Origin: Amoeboaphelidium protococcarum X5 | Taxonomy: Eukaryota > Fungi > Aphelidiomycota | Direction of reading: 5' to 3' | NCBI GenBank assembly: GCA_023515725.1 | Contig: JALDTO010000215.1 | Coordinates: 645,053 to 709,052 of the forward strand | Length of the DNA: 64,000 nucleotides | Part shown: piece by piece, positions 13,690-25,659 of the stretch | Numbering within the stretch: position 1 is the stretch's first letter | Layout: each line of letters starts with the position of its first letter | Translations under genes and position numbers: made by a program | The notes under the pieces: model-generated | The model's database searches: none | Told to the model about the DNA's origin: nothing | Seen by the model: the letters and a program-made list of their open reading frames with translations, nothing else

Positions 13690-14937
13690 ATGGTTAAAGC
13701 TGTGGGTAGAAAGGGAACGAAAGAATGGCGTAAGAATATTGATATATCTCCGGAGGAAGAGTAATTGGAGCAGAAGCGTAAAAATGAGATGACTGGTGGG
13801 CCTGTTGCATTGAAGGCGGATGATTAACTGTTTACCATCGACGTGACGGCTGATTAGAAAATCAGTCAAAAGATCAAGAAGCGCCGCCGTGTGGATGAGA
13901 TTCTGGCTGAGCGATCCGCCGTACCTGCTGTACGCAGTAAGAATAGTAGTAGCATTGTTACTGGTAGTATTAGTAGCAGTGGCGGTAGAAAGTTGTCAAA
14001 GAACACCTTGGCATAGCTGAAAAAGATTTAGAAAAAGTTGGACTAAAATCAATCAGCAGATTCTGGTTCAAAATCGAAAGGCGACTAGTTGCGTGATATT
14101 TGGACAAGTGAAGAGGTGGTTGAAAGCTCTGGAGTAGTTAATGCTTAAGATAACGCGTTTAGTAGAAAGTTGAGTGATCCTATATAAAGTGCTAAGACTC
14201 CCGCTATTAAACACGTCTACCCAGGAGAGTCTTATAATCCGTCAGTGGAAGATCATCAGAAACTATTGATGGAAGCATATGAATTGGAAATGCAGAAGAT
14301 CAATTAGAAGGAAAATTTGCAGGATCTACTGCCAGATGTTAACGCGATTCTAAGAGCTTAAAAGATTGATTCTGCATTTACAATGGACATTGATTTGGGA
14401 TCTGAGGATGAGGAGGAAGACGCGTCTGCAGATGACAACGATGGAGATAATGGTGAAATCATTGGCGATGCTCAGCCAAGCTTTAGAAAGAGTGGAGTGC
14501 CTATTGCAAAGACGCCAGTGCAGCGTAATAAGGCGAAGAGAATCAAGTAGACTGAGCTGCAACATGCCAGAAATCGTCGATTGAAAGCTATTGTGAAGGC
14601 TATTGAGAGTATCGAGAATCTTCAGAATCAGGTGGAGCAGACAGAGTAGGATCGGAGATAGTTGGCGATTAATAAGGTGAAGTTGTAAAAGTTTCAGAGC
14701 CTGTATGAGACTAAATAATTATCTAAATACAACTTTGAGCCTCTGCCTATTGCTATCAAGCTGACTGAGGAGTTGCCAGGATCGCTGAGAGAACTGACAC
14801 CAGAAAGTAATCCTCTCAAGGAGAGATTTAATCGCCTGTAGTAGAAGAATATCATCGAGACGCGTATGCCAGTTATGCGCAAGAGAAAGTATCAATAGAA
14901 GATGGTGGAGACTCATTCATACAAGAAATTTGTATGA
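13690..14937 (+). CDS. NOP53: Ribosome biogenesis protein Nop53/GLTSCR2
   Basis: RKGTKEWRKNIDI, LFTID, GESYNPSVEDHQ, ELPGSLRELTPESNPLKERF..IIETR. Confidence 0.9.
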
Positions 14938-15051
14938 TCTATCCGATTAACTAATGGATGATGATGATCATCTCTACGTTTGTGTTCATCATCAAATCTT
15001 GAGTAATAAAACCTTCATCTCTTGAATATACTTACATTTTACTTATATTAT

Positions 15052-17490
15052 TCATACTTAATAGCTTTCATCATAGAATAAGGAAACAAGTTTGCGAATA
15101 GTTGCATCATTTAAAGCTCTTCTGGGTACTGGACTATTTTAACGTTTGATGTGATCAATCCTTGTCTGATTATCTGGCAGCGAATCCAGAGCGTCAGTGA
15201 AGGATCTCAAGGTGGGATACTTACTAATCAAATACGAAGCCTTGTCAACACTGAGTCCTCTCACAGTCATCAACTGTTTGAACCATAAATCCTTGAGTGT
15301 ATTAGTCTTGGACTTGCTATTAAGTTCTGAGAATTCATTAAATGTTAAATGGTAAGGACGTCGATCTCTCCGCTCACATTGCGCCTTGAATTGATTAAAA
15401 TTCTCGGATGTGACCAAGTTTGGAGGTATGACATAGATATCCTGCTTGGAATACAATTTACATACCATATTGTGCATCTACACCAGAAAGTAACAGGTGT
15501 CCTCAATAGATATTGTCCGCTTACAAGAGATTCCATGCAATAGACTCGTCTCTACCATGGCACATCTGAGTGGTAACCGGCCAAAATCATTCACAGTGTG
15601 CACATTATACTCTTCTACCACGTACCATAAATGCTTTAGTGAAGATTTCCTAAGGCGAGACTTTTACTCAAAGAAGCGTCCATCTTTAATAGAACTCACT
15701 AGGTCATCTAATCGCTTTCGCTCTATCAAAAAGTCTAGAGACACTTCATATACGCATCCGTTAGAACTCTGACTCTTTGACCGCGCGATCCAAGCAATAT
15801 CTCCCAACTCCAGCTATCTAGTTTGAACATTCTTCACCTTTTTCTACAGCTCGTCAATGAAGAAATTCCGCTCACCCTGCGACTTCACCTCTCGATTATC
15901 GATCAGCATCACGATATCATAAGAACCAGCTGGAAGCCGCAGAGGTGGACCAGTCCATGAGATAGGTAGAGGATCCTTTTCAATCGGCAAAGGCCATAGT
16001 TGATAGTTGGCTTCTCGAGGAACCAGCGGCTATTTTTCAAGGCCAATATTAGATAGTCGTATACCTTATTAATTCGCCACTTTCTCCACAGTACTGATGA
16101 CTTACTACTTGCCATTTAAAGACGGGGTGCCTTGGTAGTTATTACTATTTAAAGGAGATTTAAAAGAGTCGCTACCAGTATTAAACAGAGGTTTAGAAAA
16201 TGATTACTATCGATTCGAGCCAGATAATGTCTTTTTCAACGAGGGAGTTTACTATATACCAAAAGAACTACTACCAACCTCTAGACCAGGACACTCTTAC
16301 ATGCATAAATTTGCCGCTAAATATCCCACCAACAAACCCGCAGCATCCGGAATCAGAGTTACTTTTTAGATATTAACGACAAAAGGATGATGAGATTAAG
16401 ATGAGTGATATTCAATCAAATAGAATCCTTTACTGTCACACTTGGCCTGCTGCTTTGACTTGACTCGCCTATTCATCTCATTGAGATACCAATACTGAAA
16501 CTGAATGATACTAGGACGACCATTCTTATTAGCTGGAGCACTCATAGAGGATACGGATGCGTACTTGGATCGGTGACCAACATCTGATTATGGGAGTATG
16601 TTATCCTTGAATGTCTGAGACTTGAGCCAAAGCTGGGAGGCGACATCCTCACCTTAGAGACTTAAAGAATATTTGGGCGGATTACTCATCTTGATAACTA
16701 AGCCTTTATCAATCAATGTATTTACAGAGTTCCAAGCAGTGTAATGCTAACTTCCACCACCGCCACCACCAAAATTACTGGTACTTGAAGATGTAAACGA
16801 CGCATCACAGAATGGTTGAGCCTGTTAACATAGCTCCGTCTTGCCCATCTGATAAGAGAGACCCTGAGATTGGCCAGAGTCAATTTATTACTTTCGCTAA
16901 TGAAGAGCCATCAGAATCGCGTATCCTCCACTCTTATAACGCGGCGCATAAGAAGATGCCGTCTTTGGCCGCTTGGTAGTTCTAGAAGTAGATTATGATT
17001 AAGATTGAGATTACAGAGACACTTGAGATGCAGAAGCACCGAAACTTTGAACAGCAATGGCATCTTCGAGCTCGTTCAGTATATCAGAACTCTATTTACC
17101 TCTCGTCCTAGTAGTCTTCTTCTGTTTTGTCTACGCCACAGACTGCGATGAATTCTCAGAACTTCCTTAACTACTACCAGATGTATCCTATCCGGATGGA
17201 TCATACGGTGGAACATTTAGCACATCACTGCGATACAAATCGTGCACCTACTTTCGTTCATCAGAGAGAAACTTGTTGGTCATCGCAATAATCTTGGTCT
17301 GAATATTGGGACCAATCCCCGACACTTATACAAGTTAATAAGGAGATAATGCATTGGGTGTAGATTTCAGATTATTGTAAGCTTTATTAAGTGCAAAGTA
17401 GTAGTTCTTTTAACCATTCTAATCTGCAGTCTGTTTCAATTCATTCAAAAACTCACAAAACTTTTTATTCACGGGCTCTTATGGTGGCAT
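15052..17490 (-). CDS. MUS81: Crossover junction endonuclease Mus81
   Basis: N-terminal HhH (VSGIGP), winged helix ([29 protein letters not shown]), ERCC4 domain ([33 protein letters not shown]), C-terminal HhH. Confidence 0.93.
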
Positions 17491-17884
17491 TTTGTACTTA
17501 ATCTATTTATGGAAATTTAATTACAAGGAATTCACTAACTACACGACAGACGTTATAAGGCTGCTGAATGCGTGAATTGTAAAACGAAAACGATAGATTT
17601 GATCTCTCTTTCTACGTATCGCGTTTCATATCTACCAAAGTCAGATCTGTTCTGTTTCAAAGTCTCTCTCTCTCTCTCGCACACGCGCGTTCATTTATAC
17701 ACTCTTTCATTGACAAGTCAGTCAGTCGATGCTTCTTAAAACGGAGAAGGACAAATATCGTGAATTGGTAATGAAAGGACATGAAATTAAGTCAAAACAT
17801 TGATGATGGGTTTTCAAGACAATTTTGATTTGATCGTGTACTACTTGTACTGGAGTTTGGAAGACGGGGAAACAACCCGATAAC

Positions 17885-18700
17885 ATGTCTGCGCACGGTT
17901 CGGGAATGATCAGTTCGCGTTTCACCTTTTCGTCTTCTCTTCCACTTATTGGCAATCTCTAAAATCGTCAGATTAAAAATGCTGTCTCGTCGCGCAAGCT
18001 GGTGTTACGAATTGCAACCGTTCGACATACTCTGCGGTTTTCAACATCTCCAGTCTCCGTTGTGATACATTCTAGCTTAAGCAATGATGATGAAAAAACG
18101 CGTATCGTGGAAGATTTTGTGCAGAAAGAGTTAAGGGTGGTTCAGATGGAAAAGGATTTGTAAGCTTCTTTGCATGAAAGGACTTGTTAGCTGCGTAGAA
18201 AGAAAAGGATTTGTAAGTGACGGAAAAAGAGAAAGCTTAGCTGGTGTAAAGTTGTAGTTCCTTGAGAAAGAAAAAGCGTGATTGGAGGCGGAGAATTTGA
18301 AATTATAGTAATTTTAAAAATTTTGACTAAAGTTTTGTCTATGTGTAGACAAAGTCGAAGCTAAGCTTGGATTTAATCGAAAGGCTTACAAGAGTAAGAG
18401 CCGCCACGAAAAGTGGAATGCTTTTCTCGTGCAGGAATCTAATGCCGCTCTCTGAGAAATTCTCTGCTGGCGTGTTTCCCATCGAAGGAATCGACGAATG
18501 TGGATATTGGGCGAGAGGTTGTACACATGAATGCAATATTGTCTCAAGCAATCCACCAGCCGGCGTTGCAGCCAATGCCTGGCGAGTTTGCCATCCCCGT
18601 TTCATAGACAATGGTCGAAACCGAGCGTTGTTTGTGGTGACATTCTTGGCTATGAAAACGTCAAGATCGTCACTCATACATACTAGGAAGCCGGTGATGT
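17885..18700 (+). pseudogene. Frameshifted coiled-coil (EKDLQ-repeat) protein remnant
   Basis: ORF from ATG 17885 stops at TGA 18218. The repeat GAAAAGGATTTGTAAG recurs 53 nt apart, i.e. out of frame. Coding-like segments continue in other frames. Confidence 0.4.
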
Positions 18701-19068
18701 TTTAGATTAGTATATTTTGTGATTAATGTGATACAATATTATAAACTAATTTGAGATCGAACCGCAGATTGCAATCCGTTTCAAATACTATTTTCTGGAA
18801 TAGATGATAATGATTCGGGAGTTAAAAGCAGACGATGAAGTTGAAGTGGTCATTAAGCCACGCGTGTCAAGTCCGTTTTCGCCGCTGAAGAATGCAAAGT
18901 GAATTGAGAATAGGGAATGGAAGTTCTATAAGTCTCGTTGCGCCCGCCATTCCAGCGTTTCGTTTCATCTTTCTTCTCTCTCTCTTAATCTTCTGTCACT
19001 TTTAGTAGAGTTTTAATTGCATTTCAGTTGTAAAGAAATAATAATAATAAATTCTTTGATAATTAAAT

Positions 19069-20460
19069 ATGCCAACGAAAGAAGAACAATTCTTGTCTGC
19101 ATGCAAGTTGGAGCTTAATCTTCTAAATTCACAAGATTCTGGGTTGATATTGGAGGGCTAATCTGTAGATGCTGTGCTCACGATTGATACCAGTGATGGA
19201 ATAAAAATGTTACCTCAGGCTTATACTAATGAAGAAATACTTGCGGAGATTATTGATAGACTCGAGATTAAAGTTTCTACTATTGTTGGTGAGAATATAG
19301 ATCTCAATTTGGCCTGGTATCAAGGATCTGATAGTCCTCGTATTGAAGTCACTTTCTGGGTAAATAATGCAGACAGTAAAGCAGCTTTTATTGAGAATGG
19401 ATTGATAATTAAAGTGCCTTTGAAAGTAAAGTTTGGTCATTGCATTTACGTATTGAACGACTCCATAATAAATGAATTTAATGCCAAGATTCTAGTGCAG
19501 ATATTATTAAAGCCCAAGTCGGTATAATTAAAAGACAATTAAAGATTTGTCAGTCATTTAGAAAATCCCGCCGTTAGAAGATCTCTTTCACTGGAAGCTA
19601 AAGTATGTAGACCATATGCAATTTAATGCCATAGAGTTGGAACGTCACATTTGATCGTTTAATTTGATGCATTCATCGCTTTACAATTACTGAGCGTTTA
19701 GGTGATTACGTGTTTCGGTAGTTTCACGAGTGATAATTAATGGGAGTTAATTTAACTGGGTGCTAGAGAGAGCTGGTCTTTGTTATTTAGAGATGTATTG
19801 TTGAAGAATGAACAATCAGTTTGTCTGCGAGTTGATTCTCGTTTAGATGTTGACATAGTCAGTTACTATACTGTACGGTTCGGCAATAACGAGCTGGTAG
19901 ATATCAATCCGGTAAAAGACCTGAATTCTGTCTTCTCCTCTACATCCATATAATCTTCTGAAATTGATCATGTTAGCAGCTTAAAAGTCTGCTTGTCAAG
20001 TAATCGTGTCATTGTCGACTCTGATGGATACTTCTCATTAGAACTTATTGTTGCAAATTGTACAAGTGAGGAGATTACTAGTATTTCGGTGTAGATACTT
20101 GATGATGGAAGTGAATTCCATGGCTCATCTCTTTCAAACAATGGGCGAAATGCTATGGATGTTTGGATAGATACGCCTGACTTTCTACTGCAATGGAGTG
20201 TGCAGATGGCATCTAATGTAATCTCCTTTGATAGTCCACACAATGACAAGATTGAAAAGTTGTCAGCTGGTTAAACTTGCACACTTGGTTTTAAAAGTCG
20301 TCTACTCAATCATGTACAAGTTCTTTCATATGATGGTAATGTTACATTATACAATCCGATATTTTAGATAAAGATGAAAGAACACGAAGAAGGCATACTT
20401 TTCGATGATTTACAATGTGCATTATACAAAAGATAAGCAATCACTACTGTTAAATCTTGA
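19069..20460 (+). CDS. Hypothetical beta-rich protein (weak resemblance to TRAPP-II Trs65-type subunits)
   Basis: 463-codon ORF under TAR=Gln, ending at TGA. No diagnostic motif recognised. Confidence 0.6.
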
Positions 20461-21217
20461 TGATGAGATTAGGAATATAGATTGCATTAGGATATCCAAG
20501 TACCAAATCTTCCCATTATACGATGAATGAATCCACTAGATGCAATCGATATAGAATTTAGCCTGTTAGAGACAGACTTTACACTCGAGCAAATGATTCA
20601 ATATATACAATTCTAGATCTACAAAACAGTTTGGCGAATATACAGATTGGAACACAGATAGCTGGACCATTGCATAAAACTATTTAAGGATTGCAACTCA
20701 AGACAACACTTATTGACTCTAAAATCGCGCGTATTAGCAAAGCCACATTTAACAATAGAGAGCTCATCAATGACTGACCAACATTTCTGAACCGAGTGAC
20801 ACTGAATACTTTGCCAGCGTCGCCATCCACTTATTAAATCTTCAAAGGACTAATCGTATCAGACTTTCCATGAACATAGACTCTTTACGCTTATCGAAAG
20901 CTATTCCTAATACCATTAGAGTCAGTATCAGAATCATTATTATCATCCGTAGTGGTAATCAACGATCGTACAATGTCCAACATCTCTGCCGTGTGTCCGC
21001 CACTTCCCAGTGTCACCATTATACATTATCGACGAGACTTGGACTTTCGCTTTCTCTAAACGACTTTATATACACCCACTATATATACACCAATGTATCC
21101 GATTATTATTAATCCAAAGATTAAAGCCAACACTTCAATTTTCACTTCCAAAACAATCGCCATTGAAATTATAATTACAAGAGAACCAAAATCTTGATTC
21201 TTTTCCTCTTTCTTCAT
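20441..21217 (-). CDS. ALG14: UDP-GlcNAc transferase subunit Alg14
   Basis: N-terminal TM; TLGSGGHTAEM, RFRNVGQS, LCNGPAICVP, YIESFARV, FIVQW. Confidence 0.92.
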
Positions 21218-21304
21218 ATTGCTCCGGCTTTGATTGTATCCGAACCAATAGTTTGAATTATTGATAATAGACTAAGATTATATCACTGTGCATTATATTG
21301 TAGA

Positions 21305-22228
21305 ATGAATTAGATGGAACCTCTGAGCGTGAGCAAGTCTGAGAATTCCTAATTGTTGTAGGAGAGTTATTAGTATGAGTATTTTGAATAGATTGTGAGT
21401 AGCAGTAAATAAAAGCCGCTTTAGAATATTCCAAGACTTCGTAAGTTGCGTGAAGCTGTGTTGGCTACTGCTGCAAAATTTAATAGTCGTGGAAATGGTC
21501 ATTATTAGTTCCATATGTAAGTATATAGTGTCAGTGTGCAGAGTTGCATTGAGGCTCTGTAAGTGGAGGAAAGTCGTCAGGATGCGCACCTGATTGAAGC
21601 GGAGCTATTTAAATGCCTTTCCCATCTGGTTGGTCCTCTTTTAGATGATGAGTTATTCAGACGATAGTAAAAATAGTCAGGGAGTAGTTAATAATTATCC
21701 TTTAGCTTTCTTAGTGTTAATGACGCTGCTAGTTAATTTAGTTAAGTGGAAGTGTTGGATTGGAGATGTGTATGGGAACTGTATGCATGCAACTAGATTT
21801 GCAACAATCTACTGAATTCCGCTCCTTTAACATTTATATCATCCTATCATTAAAGCTATGCTTCTAAACTTTAGAATACTAGCTCATAGATAATGGATAC
21901 CTAGATTAATTAGTGTGTTATGAACTGTATAGAATTATACATTGCTTTAAGAGACTTTAACGTGGTATAAATTGCCGCCAATCTAGGTAAAATGAATCCC
22001 CTGACACGGCAATATATTTAATACTAAATGCATAACAAGTTGTGGAAACGGCAAATTTTGTGCCTACGGAGAGCCTTCATAAGGCTTTAAATGGATGACA
22101 TACTTGCATATTTAAAAGTGTATAGTGTCGATAAAAGTCAAGTTATAGAATTTTTGAAATTGAACAAGATCCAAGTATCAGATGATAGTGATGTGGTATA
22201 GTTTGTAGTTCCGCGTACTAATAAATGA
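21305..22228 (+). CDS. PCI-like (CSN8/eIF3K/SAC3-THP3 type) domain protein
   Basis: 307-codon ORF; LRKLREAVLA..VY and a C-terminal winged-helix-like segment. Confidence 0.6.
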
Positions 22229-22369
22229 ATCTGATAATAAAAACTTTTATAGATGCTTGTAAAAATGGATAATTTGGAAAGTTTCAAGTTAGTGTATATA
22301 GCATTCCTTTATTTAAAATTATTACTATCGGCTTAATAACTAGTACGTTCTGTTTACCAGGAGGCTCTC

Positions 22370-23461
22370 TCAATTGACGTAGTCTGATCCATAACCATCA
22401 GCCTCTCCCTACTAAAGTACTGGATCTAACTGCGGAGATTCTAACACCGGAGGCAAAGCTGCAGAATCGAATCCAGAAGAACCTCTTCCTCTAGAATATC
22501 TCTAACGGAAACTTTTCATGCGCTACAAACCATTGTTGTACAATCTGCCGTAGTAAGGAGCGCGTTATGGAACCTCTTGCTAAACATAATTTAACGCTGT
22601 ATCTACGCTCTCTGCGCCATCAGCCAACGCAGATCTCGGTGCTTCACTGTACTGACTGGCAACATCCATCTCACCTTGATTTCCATCAATCTAAGAGACT
22701 GATGCAGCATAGGAAGTAGCAGGAGCAGCGTTGCCATTCAGAGATTGCAGGTTATCAAAAGTCAGATCCAGTCCTTCATCATTAACAGATTGCGGCAACT
22801 CAGATTGCAGATTGTACATAGAATTGATATCCTCAGAACCAATCTACGACACAGCTCTATTGTTCAGTGGCTCGTCTAATGCTGCGTCTACCTATTCAGA
22901 AATCTACTTCTACTCCAGATAGTCACCAAAGTACAGAACGATCTCTGCTCTAGATCTATCAAAGAACAACGTTGGACTATGTCCTTGGATGATCTTGGCT
23001 ATCTAGTCGCTACTAATGTCCAGCTAATTGGCAGGATTGAATGACTCGCCATGGCCAAGATTAGTAAAAGAGTATTTCAACTACTACTCCTCCTCAGAGT
23101 AATGGAGGCGAACCACAGCCGGCTTTACAGTAGTCCAGATATTAACGAAACCGCAGCTTGCAGAGTATTTGATATCAGCCTTGATTTCCAGATCCAGGTG
23201 AGGATGATCGACAAACTAGATTTCCTTGCGATTTCTTCTATACCACGGCATCTTCTTGATCACATTGCGCGACTCTGTCTAGACATCGAACTGGTTAACC
23301 TTGTAGCTGATAGACTTTAGTGCTTGTGTGCATGGATTGTCAGCACCTAGGTCGATTTTCAATTTAGCAGCGGTACCACTCTCCAGTATATCCAGCTGAA
23401 CGCGTTAATCACCGAGCGCAGCAATCAACGGAACCAGTGCAAATATAAATACTGCGCGCAT
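22370..23461 (-). CDS. Orphan secreted protein with acidic low-complexity C-terminal half
   Basis: 363-aa ORF; hydrophobic signal-peptide-like N-terminus MRAVFIFALVPLIAALG. Confidence 0.7.
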
Positions 23462-24124
23462 AACTTCTTTAAATCTTAATTGATACTTCCCGGTAATATG
23501 TTTTTAACAATGAAAGTAAAGAAGAACTTTAACAGTGAGGCGCAGCTTTATGACAAAGTCGTTATTCGGGCGTGTGGGAACGGCGGCATTTTAACATTAG
23601 GTCATTTGATCATATAATGGCGCAGTTTTATTATTATTACTTTGACGCCATCATTGTTTGTGTGGCGCAAGAGCGATCGTTGAAAGGTTTGATCACCATG
23701 ATCCATCAGTGACGATGAGAGCTGATGGTGGTGGTGGACGCGATTTCTGTATTATTATTCCATGTCCCAGCCACATGGTGTACAGATCTGATCAGTATTT
23801 CACAAAGACAACAATGATCATTGTTTGCTTCTTGGTACACGGTGATCAACTATTAACGTCTCATTGATGTTGAAACTTGGGCTATATCAATTGCATTCAA
23901 GGAAACTTTACTTTCAGTTACAGTAATCATTTCTGTGAACTTTCTTTCACTACAATAAAGACTTTCAAAGCGTTTGAAGAGTGTACCTGACTGTATGATT
24001 TCAACATACCCCCATCAAAATAGTAAATAAGTGTCTCTTTATGATTTATCAGTAAATGTTCAAATCAGTACTGTAATAAGTAAAATACTAACTATCATAT
24101 AACTATACCAAAAATATGAACTTC

Positions 24125-24646
24125 TCATATCAATTACTTCAATTCAATCCTCACTAAGATATCAGAGTCGTAACGCATAGATGGCTCGTATTAAGCAATT
24201 TACTGCAACACGGACGCGTCAACTTGAATCCTACCAGCGCGCATAAACCCGTTAGACAGGCTTACAGAATATATTATAGAACTAGATCTCAGATCAGCAG
24301 ACATATCCAAGTAGACATTGAACACTTCAAGAGTATTTTTGTATTGCAAATCCATATATTTATTCTACGCCACTTCAGGAGCTTTTATATGCATTATACC
24401 ACGATACTACAAAGACCAAATCAATTAAAAATCTTACTGATAGGAGATTCTTTTCATTGACACTGTCTTTCCAGTTGTAAAAATATATTCCAATTCAGGG
24501 AAAATGTTTGTTAGTTACACAAGCACCTCTGCCTTACCAGTCTCGACGTTGGCATTTAAAAGACAAAGTCCATCGCTAGATTACGCATGATATACAAAAG
24601 CACGTAATAATACAGGTAAAAATGTCAACAGGAATACGACTCTCAT
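24125..24646 (-). CDS. Small orphan secreted protein (173 aa)
   Basis: MRVVFLLTFLPVLLRA signal-like start; open to TGA with TAR=Gln; absent from the supplied ORF track. Confidence 0.6.
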
Positions 24647-25659
24647 TTTGCTACTATGTATACTCTGTTTGTGGTATAATTAAGATACAAAGAGTATCAA
24701 TGATTGCTATGATTGAAGTCGAAGTTTATCATCAGATTTATTCATTACCCCTGAATATTTTTCGAAAGACTTTAATGAAGCGCATTTTAATATATACAAC
24801 CATTCCATCACAATTGAAGACATTCTTGAAACAATGAAACACTTCAGGTTACGATCCCGTTACATAATGGATTGAACCACGGATGTGGTGATCAGAGTAG
24901 TGAGAGTCGAGAGTTATTGGACCAAGAACGCGATAACAATCTGATTGAGCACACATTTGATGAAGCGGATCTTGCGGAGTCGTTGAAACGTTTAAGATGT
25001 CAATAAACTTGTCCATTAAAGTCCCCATGGTATATTGATTGGAAAAAGAGAAATCATGAAAGTAGAGGGTTATTACTAATGCCAAGAGGATTCGGCTACG
25101 TTCATGGCTAGAATACAACAATTTCAACACCAGCATTAGCCCATTGCTAATCAATCGTACTAATATATGACCTAGATCTCAACGATCTCAATGCAGGATA
25201 ATCGTTAGGAGGATCTTGAATGCGATTCATCAGACCGGATAATGCGAGCTTGGCATGATAACTACGCGTAAATATTGGAGGAGCAGGCAATGGAGGGCCG
25301 ATTTGAGGATAGTTTCCATTCCCGAAATCTTGAGCTCGTAATCCAGCATAGTGATGAACAATCGAGCGGGCCTCGCACTGAATATCATGACCCATATGGT
25401 CAGGAGGAGCCATAACAGTATTGGCTATGTTGGGTCCTGGACCAAAATTAGCACCGACGCGTATTCAGTGACTCGCTTAAAATGTGAAAAGTACTGTAAT
25501 TTTTTCATTAGGCTTATCTCAGTAGTTTCTTACAGTTCAAGTCAGCGCGTCTCGGCCAAGTCGCTCGAATCTTTGAACATTCAGCTCTTTCCGTTCAATC
25601 GCTGTTTTTCTTTTGTCTTGTCAGAAAGTACAGTAATATACTCATAAATCAGTATAGTC

